DNA from: Escherichia coli
GTDB taxonomy: Bacteria; Pseudomonadota; Gammaproteobacteria; Enterobacterales; Enterobacteriaceae
Length of the DNA stretch: 32,000 bases
NCBI RefSeq assembly: GCF_050218735.1
Contig: NZ_CP189734.1
Strand: one strand, 5' to 3'
Shown here: positions 10,017 through 17,800 of the stretch, in pieces
How the letters are laid out: each line of letters opens with the position of its first letter
Position numbering within the stretch: position 1 is the stretch's first letter
The notes under the pieces: generated by a model
Database searches by the model: none
Told to the model about the DNA's origin: nothing
What the model saw: the letters and a program-made list of their open reading frames with translations, nothing else
Position numbers and translations under genes: made by a program

Positions 10017-10038
10017 GGTGCGAAGGCCGGACTCAAAC
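10017..10038. repeat. Partial, imperfect copy of the leuX 3' end (att-like site between the two elements)
   Basis: ggtg-cgaaggccggactcaaac versus leuX-side ggtgccgaaggccggactcgaac (one deletion, one mismatch). Confidence 0.8.
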
Positions 10039-10250
10039 ATCAAAATAAGTTAATGATAAAAAACAAATAATAAAACACAACAATGAAATATGCCCCCTTT
10101 TGTGCCCCCACTGTTTTTCTGACCAATCTATTTTCAGCCCATCAATAAATCGGAAAGTTAAATCATTTTTAATCAGTAAGTTTGGATCCGTAGCTCGGAT
10201 CCAAACCAGTGCATCTTTTATCCACATAAAAAATTTTTTTTCGAAAGAAC

Positions 10251-10345
10251 TGTTCACACTGTTCACCTTTCTGTTTTCTCCTTTTATTTCAGTATGATAG
10301 GTGGTGAATAATGGGTGAAGGGTGAACATTCGATTCTTCACCTCC
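10251..10345. repeat. P4 crr-like direct repeat, copy 1
   Basis: tgttcacactgttcacctttctgttttctccttttatttcagtatgata...gggtgaacatt...ttcacct; strongly similar to 10431-10525. Confidence 0.75.
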
Positions 10346-10430
10346 GGCATTCTGCCGGTGTGACTCATACCGGTGATTAATCCCCCGTACTGAAATCACT
10401 CAGGAAGAAAAAAGTTTTTTTTGATTTGAT

Positions 10431-10525
10431 TGTTCACACTGTTCACCTTTCGTTTTTCTCTTTTAATTTCAGTATGATAACGGGTGAATATACGGTGAAG
10501 GGTGAACACTGGATTGTTCACCTTC
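10431..10525. repeat. P4 crr-like direct repeat, copy 2
   Basis: tgttcacactgttcacctttcgtttttctcttttaatttcagtatgata...gggtgaacact...gttcacct, offset exactly 180 bp from copy 1; contains GGTGAACA-type iterons. Confidence 0.75.
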
Positions 10526-10572
10526 GGGGGATGTCGGGATAAAAAAAGACCGGCAGATGCCGGTCAGGTGGG

Positions 10573-12906
10573 TCAGGTTGTTGCAGGGGCGTCACATTTT
10601 GGCAGCCAGTCGCCGTAGCTTTCCTCTTTCAGTGTCAGGTTGGTCTGTATCCCCTGTTTGGTATGGCGCTTCTCGTAATTCAGTCCGTATTCCTTCAGCA
10701 TCACCGGCAGCCCCAGCCCGAACATTTTCAGACTGAGTACATTCCGGTAGCCGTTTGCCTCCATGTAGGCCAGATAGGCGTGATAGAGGTATTTACGGTA
10801 ATTACGCGGGATGATACTGGCGTTCCCCATATACATGCCGCTGGTCTGCGGCAGGGTTTCCAGATAGCCGATAAAATCAAACGTCGGGTCGGCATCCCGT
10901 TTGATGTTCAGTGCCTCGTCTGAGTTCTGCTGGGACTGAAGCAGTGACCGGGCGAGCATCGGGTCGCTGAACTTCTGCATCAGGTGACGCACGATGACCG
11001 CCAGCTCGCGGGTGATTTTGTCCTTAAGCTGCGGGTCGCGCTCCTGCGGGGCTATCTGTTCCGGGAAGTGAATAATCACCCGCCGGCGTGACACGCCGCC
11101 GCTGCGGTCGGTGAAGCGCATCGGGTTATTGTTCACGGCCAGAATCACCGCCGGGATATGCGTGGAGTACGCATCCCGGTATTTCGGGTCCACGGACACC
11201 GCATCGCCGCCGGTGATGGCCTTGAGTCCGGCACCGTCGCCGCTCCATTTTTCCTGGTCCGGCAGGCGTATCAGTGAGAAGCCAGTTAACGCGGCACGTT
11301 CACGCGGGGATTCCAGCGTCTCAATGGTGGCCGACGTGGCGTTATCCTCCCCGGCCAGCAGGGTGGCGATTTCGGCCATGATACTTTTGCCGCTGCCGCC
11401 GGGACCGGTCACCTCCAGAAAGAGCTGCCAGTCGTAGCGGTTTGCCAGCACCATAAACAGTGCGGCCAGAATCACGTCGCGTTTTTCCGCACGGCCACCG
11501 GCGGCACGGTCAAGCCAGCGCCAGAACGCGGGGGCGTGGGTCTCCAGTGTTTCACCGTCCACCGGCGGGGTGAAATCCACATCGCACAGGGTGCGCATCC
11601 AGTGTGACGGACTGTGCGGGTGGAACGTGCCGTTCTGCGTGTCGAGCACGCCGTTACGAAAGCCAATCAGGCGGCGGGAGGGGGCTTCCTGCTGCGGAAT
11701 AATCAGCTTCAGGGTGTCCACCACGGAGGCCACCTTCCCGGAGGAGAACGGCGCGCGCAGACGCTGAAACAGCCCGGCCACATCCCGGGCAAAGTCCTGT
11801 GGTGGCAGCACCTTCCAGACACCATTTTCATAGCGGGACAGAAGCTGGCCGTTGGCATCAACCGCGAGCGCCTCGCCGTAATGCTCATAGATACGCATGG
11901 CCTTTTCGCTGGTACTCATGGCGGAAAACTCCGCTTCGCTCATGGTGTCGAACGGGCTTTCAGCCGGTGGCCGGATGGCATCGTAAATGGCCTTACGGGT
12001 GGCCTCCCCGCCGTACTGCGTGAAGGCATCATTCCAGTCACCGAAGACCGGCGGCAGGGCAACAACACCTTCACACGCATCTGCGGCTGCGGCGGCTTTT
12101 TTCTGGCCGTCACCGCTGAGGTCACGGTCTGCGGCAAGGACAATCTGACAGGCCGGATGCTTCTGCCGGGCAAGGCTGGCCAGAGAAAGGAGGTTCACGG
12201 AAGAAAGCGCCACCATCACCGTTTCACCGGTCAGGTGATGCACGGTAAGTGCGGTCGCGTATCCCTCCGCTATCCACAGACGTTTTCCGGCCTGATTCTG
12301 TCCTTCAAGGGTGTGACAGGTGCCCCTGACCTGCCCGCCTTTCAGGGTGCGCTTACGGCCGTCAGCACTGATTAACTGAAGGTTAACCAGTTCGCCGCTG
12401 TCGTCATACAGTGGCACCACAAGGTCACCGGCGCGCCAGCTCACGCCACCGGCTCTGTGTGTGCCGGTCAGCATCCGGCATTCCCGGCCGGGAAAGCCCT
12501 TGCGGGTCAGGTAGGCGTTACCGGTTCCGGTACGGGTTTTCGCCATCAGGGTTTGTGCCAGTGCGGCGGCGTTCTTCCGGGCGGCTTCTGTTTCAGCACC
12601 GGCGGCGGCCGTCACTGCCGGGTCAGCCGGGGGCAGGCAGCCGGTCACGGCAGCCACCTTTGCGGCCGCGTCGGACGGGGAAACACCAAACACCTTTTCA
12701 ACCAGTTTCAGGCCGTCACCGGCACCACACTGATTGCAGTACCAGGTGCCGCGCCCCTCCCTGTCATCAAAACGGAAGCGGTCACTCCCGCCACAGACCG
12801 GACAGGGCTGATGACGGTTTTTCAGCACCTGAATCCCCAGCGCCGGGAGAATACGCGGCCAGTGGCCGAGCGCATGGCTGACGGTGGCGGTTACGTTCAT
12901 TTTCAT
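10573..12906 (-). CDS. alpha: P4 alpha-type replication protein (primase/helicase/initiator)
   Basis: 777 aa; zinc finger CPVCGGSDRFRFDDREGRGTWYCNQCGAGDG, TOPRIM-like WIAEGYATALT, Walker A GPGGSGKS, C-terminal origin-binding region. Confidence 0.95.
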   Translation of the reverse strand: MKMNVTATVSHALGHWPRILPALGIQVLKNRHQPCPVCGGSDRFRFDDREGRGTWYCNQCGAGDGLKLVEKVFGVSPSDAAAKVAAVTGCLPPADPAVTAAAGAETEAARKNAAALAQTLMAKTRTGTGNAYLTRKGFPGRECRMLTGTHRAGGVSWRAGDLVVPLYDDSGELVNLQLISADGRKRTLKGGQVRGTCHTLEGQNQAGKRLWIAEGYATALTVHHLTGETVMVALSSVNLLSLASLARQKHPACQIVLAADRDLSGDGQKKAAAAADACEGVVALPPVFGDWNDAFTQYGGEATRKAIYDAIRPPAESPFDTMSEAEFSAMSTSEKAMRIYEHYGEALAVDANGQLLSRYENGVWKVLPPQDFARDVAGLFQRLRAPFSSGKVASVVDTLKLIIPQQEAPSRRLIGFRNGVLDTQNGTFHPHSPSHWMRTLCDVDFTPPVDGETLETHAPAFWRWLDRAAGGRAEKRDVILAALFMVLANRYDWQLFLEVTGPGGSGKSIMAEIATLLAGEDNATSATIETLESPRERAALTGFSLIRLPDQEKWSGDGAGLKAITGGDAVSVDPKYRDAYSTHIPAVILAVNNNPMRFTDRSGGVSRRRVIIHFPEQIAPQERDPQLKDKITRELAVIVRHLMQKFSDPMLARSLLQSQQNSDEALNIKRDADPTFDFIGYLETLPQTSGMYMGNASIIPRNYRKYLYHAYLAYMEANGYRNVLSLKMFGLGLPVMLKEYGLNYEKRHTKQGIQTNLTLKEESYGDWLPKCDAPATT

Positions 12907-12920
12907 GGTGTTGTTCTCCT

Positions 12921-13241
12921 TCAGTGCAGTACCGGCGCTTTTATGTGACGGGCACAGAGTTCATCCATCACAACCAGCCCGAGAAAGGACAGCGACGGCG
13001 CGGCCTTCAGGGGGCCGGATTCCATTAAATCTTCCAGCAGGGCACAGGCTATCTGACGCCCTTTTTCCTCACCGTGCTGGCGCAGATAAAAGCCTTCCAG
13101 CTCAGCGGCGATGGCCGCCTCCAGTGACTCAAGGGTGAGATGCGGGTAGCGGTGCTGACGTTCGCACACGGTCAGCCAGGCACAGGCGACAGCGCGACGG
13201 TAAAGGGCAGCGCGTAAGACGGGCGGTAAGGGTGTTTTCAT
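12921..13241 (-). CDS. cnr: P4 Cnr/Orf106-like copy number regulator
   Basis: 106 aa, immediately upstream of alpha; sequence matches P4-type cnr from memory of the family. Confidence 0.8.
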
Positions 13242-13376
13242 TTGTTTTCCTCCCTGTGACAGATGACTGCATTCCGTGCCGGTTGCATTAACTGATAAGG
13301 CATATCTGCGTCTCCTGAAGACGTGCGTATCCCTGCGCGAATACGCACATTTAATTTTTCGGGTATCGTTTTTTAA

Positions 13377-13832
13377 TTACAGATAATTGCGGTAACTGTT
13401 ATCCGGGGTGATTTCCGGGTCAGGCTCCGTGCGGGGAATTTCCCGCCATTCCCGCGCCACCGGTGCCGCCCGGCTGGCCGGAACAGTGTCCTGCGGGTAA
13501 ATATCCAGATATTTCTCCCGCCATTTCTGTAATTCCGGGTCTCCGGCCATTTCTTTCAGTACCGCATGCCGGTTTACGGGGCTGCGTTTAAACAGGTCAG
13601 GACGGTCACAGGTAAATTCCCGCAGAAAACGCCCCAGCGGGATGTCTGTGGTGCACCCGTCATCGAGGATACGCACAAGGATACTGAATTTACGGCGGTA
13701 CGGGTTCCAGACAATGTCCGGGCAGCGGTACGGCATTTCCCACGGAATACCGTCTTCCAGAATGCCGACCACGGCCACATCGGGAAAACCGGCAGAACGG
13801 TAAATCTCACCGGGCTGGGGAAAATCAAACAT
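13377..13832 (-). CDS. P4 Orf151-like protein of unknown function
   Basis: 151 aa ([34 protein letters not shown]...), in the canonical P4 position. Confidence 0.8.
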   Translation of the reverse strand: MFDFPQPGEIYRSAGFPDVAVVGILEDGIPWEMPYRCPDIVWNPYRRKFSILVRILDDGCTTDIPLGRFLREFTCDRPDLFKRSPVNRHAVLKEMAGDPELQKWREKYLDIYPQDTVPASRAAPVAREWREIPRTEPDPEITPDNSYRNYL

Positions 13833-14112
13833 GCGTCCTGTCTCCCCGGTCTTTCTGCTGGGCGAGAAAATCGCGGCACAGGCCTTTGGCTTTCAGCTCA
13901 TTCAGCACAAAATCAATATCTTCATTCAGGTAGCTGAAAATATGCGGAATGTAGAGCTGATGCAGGCCGGAGAGTTCACGGTGAATCAAATCACCCCCAA
14001 CAAACCGGGATACGGCGCTGGCGCGGTTGAGCTTATGGTAAGCCTCAATGCTGAGGTGTTCACGGGCGTCATGACGCGCTGAGACGGTCTGAGGGGCTTT
14101 TTTATTACGCAC
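13825..14112 (-). CDS. P4 epsilon-type helper derepression (antirepressor) protein
   Basis: 95 aa from GTG at 14112: [78 protein letters not shown]... Confidence 0.85.
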   Translation of the reverse strand: MRNKKAPQTVSARHDAREHLSIEAYHKLNRASAVSRFVGGDLIHRELSGLHQLYIPHIFSYLNEDIDFVLNELKAKGLCRDFLAQQKDRGDRTHV

Positions 14113-14302
14113 GGGACACCTCCACCACCGGCAGACGGGCAGCAAGGGAGAGCACATAGTCACGGACAAGGGAACGGCGGGCGCTGCGTTCATCACCGGC
14201 GACGGTGCGAAGCATGCAGATACGGGGATGACGGTCTGCGCGACGGACAGCCGCAAACACAAAGACAAATTCAGGGTGTGAGGGGGTAAGGGTTGTAGCC
14301 AT
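14105..14302 (-). CDS. P4 kil-like small protein (also annotated Icd-like cell division inhibitor)
   Basis: 65 aa from ATG at 14302 ([21 protein letters not shown]...), with a strong RBS (aaggaggc on the minus strand); overlaps the epsilon start by 8 nt. Confidence 0.75.
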   Translation of the reverse strand: MATTLTPSHPEFVFVFAAVRRADRHPRICMLRTVAGDERSARRSLVRDYVLSLAARLPVVEVSRA

Positions 14303-14367
14303 AAGGCAGCCTCCTTCGAGTAGCAAATAACTGCTATCGCCGGAGTTCTCACGCTCGATGGCGATAG

Positions 14368-14440
14368 CCCAGACGGGGGTGAGAATACCGGCCTCGAAGA
14401 ATACCGGCCAGCCCGGAGGCTGCCCCGCCTGAGCTACCAT
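14368..14440 (-). ncRNA. P4 cI-type immunity RNA (approximate extent)
   Basis: A seqB-like segment (+ strand gtgagaataccggcctcgaag, 14379-14399) is complementary, on the minus-strand transcript, to seqA-like 14573-14595 and seqC-like 14338-14352 elements. Confidence 0.55.
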
Positions 14441-14691
14441 TGACTCAGTGGCATAACATGCGATTGCGAACAGGATCATACCTGCACGGCAAACCACACG
14501 CCACACCATAATCTGGCGCTCTGTGGCGTTGATTGCGACACAAAAAAAGACGCATGGCGCGTCATATGTCGCCTTCGAGTTACACGGGTTCTCACGCCCG
14601 GCTGCCGATTTTGCGGCAGCGGAAAAACTATATCCGCAAATGCCGGAAAAAGGCAAGCCAGAAAAAGGGACTTTTTGCAGAACAGGCATCA

Positions 14692-14958
14692 TCATGCGTC
14701 GTACCCCCGTTTGCGTCCGGCAATGCGGCCGGCCATCCATGCGGTGACTTCAGAGTGCAGCCAGGCCACATTTTTACCGCCAAGACTCACCTGCGGCGGA
14801 AATTCCCCCTTACGGATGAGTTCATAGATGGTCGAGCGTGACAGGCCGCACAGGTGCATCACTTCCGGAAGACGTAAAAAACGCTCCTGTGTGATGTCCG
14901 GCAGCGGCATCAGTGGCGTCACAGGGGCGGGAGACGGGGAAGAAAAAACAGCTTGCAT
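14692..14958 (-). CDS. vis: AlpA-family regulator / excisionase (P4 Vis-like, Orf88)
   Basis: 88 aa; [47 protein letters not shown] is the classical AlpA-type HTH. Confidence 0.9.
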   Translation of the reverse strand: MQAVFSSPSPAPVTPLMPLPDITQERFLRLPEVMHLCGLSRSTIYELIRKGEFPPQVSLGGKNVAWLHSEVTAWMAGRIAGRKRGYDA

Positions 14959-15237
14959 CGGGCTACCTCGTTAATGTCCATACAGCACCGGATAAGTCCG
15001 TCCGGCTTCGGGTAGCGCTTTATTTTGTGAATATTTTCAGCAGACGCAACAGGGGGGATTTGTTCCGGCAGCCTTACAATGGTTGTGTGTTTTTTGTTCA
15101 TTTCCACTTAAAGTCATTTAAAGCCACTTAAAGCAATTTGTAATTTTTATAGTGAAATACAAATCGTTTCTTCTTATTCATTCCCGGCGAATTAATAAAA
15201 ACAAACAGTAGTAAACAGCACAAAAAGTCCATGAGCG

Positions 15238-15343
15238 GGTGAACAGTGGTGAACAGACGGTGAACAGTCATTACTGCGATTGTTCATCCTTTAACTTACT
15301 GTATTACTTATCTTTTTTATTAAGGTGAACAGAGGTGAACAGT
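15238..15343. repeat. P4 ori-like iteron cluster
   Basis: GGTGAACAG at 15238, 15248, 15259, 15324 and 15334, plus an inverted TGTTCA-type element near 15281. Confidence 0.8.
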
Positions 15344-15458
15344 AAAATATAAAAAAACAAACAGTAAGCCGGTTTTTCCTGCGACCTTTTCCTGGCTTGC
15401 CGGTGTGAGGATGAGTCTCCTGTGTCAGGGCTGGCACATCTGCAATGCGTCGTGTTGC

Positions 15459-15476
15459 TGTCCGGTGTACGTCACA
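15459..15476 (+). promoter_or_regulatory. Ogr/Delta activator binding site of the late (sid) promoter
   Basis: TGT-N12-ACA (tgt ccggtgtacgtc aca), 35 bp upstream of the sid ATG. Confidence 0.65.
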
Positions 15477-15510
15477 ATTTTCTTAACCTGAAATGACGAG
15501 GAGCCGGAAA

Positions 15511-16245
15511 ATGTCTGACCACACTATCCCTGAATATCTGAAACCCGCACTGGCACAACTGGAAAAGGCCAGAGCCGCCCATCTTGAGAACGCCCGCCTG
15601 ATGGATGAGACCGTCACGGCCATTGAACGGGCAGAGCAGGAAAAAAATGCGCTGGCGCAGGCCGACGGAAACGACGCTGACGACTGGCGCACGGCCTTTC
15701 GTGCAGCCGGTGGTGTCCTGAGCGACGAGCTGAAACAGCGCCACATTGAGCGCGTGGCACGCCGGGAGCTGGTACAGGAATATGACAATCTGGCCGTGGT
15801 GCTGAATTTTGAACGCGAACGCCTGAAAGGGGCGTGTGACAGCACGGCCACCGCCTACCGGAAGGCACATCATCACCTGCTGAGTCTGTATGCAGAGCAT
15901 GAGCTGGAACACGCCCTGAATGAAACCTGTGAGGCGCTTGTCCGGGCAATGCATCTGAGCATCCTGGTACAGGAAAATCCGCTCGCCAACACCACCGGCC
16001 ATCAGGGCTACGTCGCACCGGAAAAGGCTGTCATGCAGCAGGTGAAATCATCGCTGGAACAGAAAATAAAACAGATGCAAATCAGCCTCACCGGCGAGCC
16101 GGTTCTCCGGCTGACCGGACTGTCAGCGGCAACACTCCCGCACATGGATTATGAGGTGGCAGGCACACCGGCACAGCGCAAGGTGTGGCAGGACAAAATA
16201 GACCAGCAGGGAGCAGAGCTTAAGGCCAGAGGACTGCTGTCATGA
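15511..16245 (+). CDS. sid: P4 Sid-like capsid size determination protein
   Basis: 244 aa from ATG 15511 (MSDHTIPEYLKPALAQLEKARAAHLENARLMDE...), Shine-Dalgarno gaggag upstream. Confidence 0.95.
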   Translation: MSDHTIPEYLKPALAQLEKARAAHLENARLMDETVTAIERAEQEKNALAQADGNDADDWRTAFRAAGGVLSDELKQRHIERVARRELVQEYDNLAVVLNFERERLKGACDSTATAYRKAHHHLLSLYAEHELEHALNETCEALVRAMHLSILVQENPLANTTGHQGYVAPEKAVMQQVKSSLEQKIKQMQISLTGEPVLRLTGLSAATLPHMDYEVAGTPAQRKVWQDKIDQQGAELKARGLLS

Positions 16246-16742
16246 TTTACTGCCCGTCGTGTGGACATGTTGCTCACACCCGTCGCGCACATTTCATGGA
16301 CGATGGCACCAAGATAATGATTGCACAGTGCCGGAATATTTATTGCTCTGCGACATTTGAAGCGAGTGAAAGCTTTTTCTCTGACTGTAAAGATTCAGGA
16401 ATGGAATACATTTCAGGCAAACAGAGATACCGCGATTCACTGACGTCAGCCTCCGGCAGTATGAAACGCCAGAAAAGAATGCTTGTTACCGGATATTGTT
16501 GTCGGAGATGTAAAGGCCTTGCACTGTCAAGAACATCGCGGCGTCTGTCTCAGGAAGTCACCGAGCGTTTTTATGTGTGCACGGATCCGGGCTGTGGTCT
16601 GGTGTTTAAAACGCTTCAGACCATCACCCGCTTCATTGTCCGCCCGGTCACGCCGGACGAGCTTGCAGAAAGCCTGCATGAAAAACAGGAACTGCCGCCA
16701 GTACGGTTAAAAACACAATCATATTCGCTGCGTCTGGAATGA
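16242..16742 (+). CDS. P4 Delta-like late transcriptional activator (double Ogr/Delta zinc finger)
   Basis: 166 aa with two CxxC...CxxxxC modules (CPSCG...CRNIYC; CCRRCKG...CTDPGC); ATG overlaps the sid stop. Confidence 0.95.
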   Translation: MIYCPSCGHVAHTRRAHFMDDGTKIMIAQCRNIYCSATFEASESFFSDCKDSGMEYISGKQRYRDSLTSASGSMKRQKRMLVTGYCCRRCKGLALSRTSRRLSQEVTERFYVCTDPGCGLVFKTLQTITRFIVRPVTPDELAESLHEKQELPPVRLKTQSYSLRLE

Positions 16743-16815
16743 GGGCTGCCGGTTAACACCGGCCGTCGCCGCACACCGTATTTTTATTCTTCAGCATGAT
16801 GAGAAAGAGATAACG

Positions 16816-17388
16816 ATGGAAAGCACAGCCTTACAGCAGGCCTTTGACACCTGTCAGAATAACAAAGCAGCATGGCTGCAACGCAAAAATGAGCTGGCTG
16901 CGGCCGAACAGGAATATCTGCGGCTTCAGTCAGGAGAAGGCAGAAACGTCAGCCGCCTGGACGAATTACGCAATATTATCGAAGTCAGAAAATGGCAGGT
17001 GAATCAGGCCGCCGGTCGTTATGTTCGTTCGCATGAAGCCGTTCAGCACATCAGCATCCGCGACCGGCTGAATGATTTTATGCAGCAGCACGGCACAGCT
17101 CTGGCGGCGGCACTGGCACCGGAGCTGATGGGCTACAGTGAGCTGACGGCCATTGCCCGAAACTGCGCCATACAGCGTGCCACAGATGCCCTGCGTGAAG
17201 CCCTTCTGTCCTGGCTTGCAAAGGGTGAAAAAATTAATTATTCCGCACAGGATAGCGACATTTTAACGACCATCGGATTCAGGCCTGACGCGGCTTCGGT
17301 GGATGACAGCCGTGAAAAATTCACCCCTGCGCAGAACATGATTTTTTCGCGTAAAAGTGCGCAACTGGCATCACGTCAGTCTGTGTAA
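16816..17388 (+). CDS. psu: P4 Psu-like capsid decoration / Rho antiterminator protein
   Basis: 190 aa (MESTALQQAFDTCQNNKAAWLQRKNELAAAEQEYLRLQSGEG...), canonical position downstream of delta. Confidence 0.95.
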   Translation: MESTALQQAFDTCQNNKAAWLQRKNELAAAEQEYLRLQSGEGRNVSRLDELRNIIEVRKWQVNQAAGRYVRSHEAVQHISIRDRLNDFMQQHGTALAAALAPELMGYSELTAIARNCAIQRATDALREALLSWLAKGEKINYSAQDSDILTTIGFRPDAASVDDSREKFTPAQNMIFSRKSAQLASRQSV

Positions 17389-17552
17389 AATTCCCCGAAA
17401 ATCCGCCTGTTTTTACTGAAAAAAGCCATGCATCGATAAGGTGCATGGCTTTGCATGCGTTTTCCTGCCTCATTTTCTGCAGACCGCGCCATTCCCGGCG
17501 CGGTCTGAGCGTGTCAGTGCAACTGCATTAAAACCGCCCCGCAAAGCGGGCG

Positions 17553-17571
17553 GGCGAGGCGGGGAAAGCAC
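17553..17571 (+). other. P2/P4-type cos site (19-nt cohesive end sequence)
   Basis: Exact ggcgaggcggggaaagcac, flanked by GC-rich inverted repeats (ccgccccgcaaagcgggcggg). Confidence 0.85.
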
Positions 17572-17800
17572 TGCGCGCTGAGTTTGATATTGCCTTTTAT
17601 ATCAATGAGCTCAAAGTAGATGCACTTAACATCCAATCCACTTGGTTACGGTGAAAAAAATAAGCGCGATAGCTTACTAAAATCATATGCACGAGTCCCT
17701 CGCGACAATGTAAACTCATTTCATCAAATACTCACCCAGGTAAATCAAAGTGCTTCAAGCCTCAATCAACAAGAAGCACCTTATAGCAAGGTTTAAGTAC

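Noticed and set aside
10251-10525. Possible CRISPR-like repeats
   Set aside because: Only two long copies with a non-repeat gap and embedded GGTGAACA iterons; this is P4 crr, not a repeat-spacer array.
11111-12881. Multiple plus/minus ORFs overlapping alpha (108, 64, 65, 253, 156 aa, etc.)
   Set aside because: All lie inside the 777 aa alpha gene and have low-complexity, shadow-frame composition.
14105-14740. 211 aa ORF in frame with and upstream of kil (resembles long 'Ash'/Icd-like annotations)
   Set aside because: It spans the immunity RNA leader and hairpins. The ATG at 14302 has a strong Shine-Dalgarno sequence, so I report only the 65 aa kil-like CDS; a longer product cannot be fully excluded.
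15472-16018. Antisense ORFs of 122-176 aa opposite sid
   Set aside because: Shadow ORFs in a GC-rich coding gene; the plus-strand Sid protein is unambiguous.
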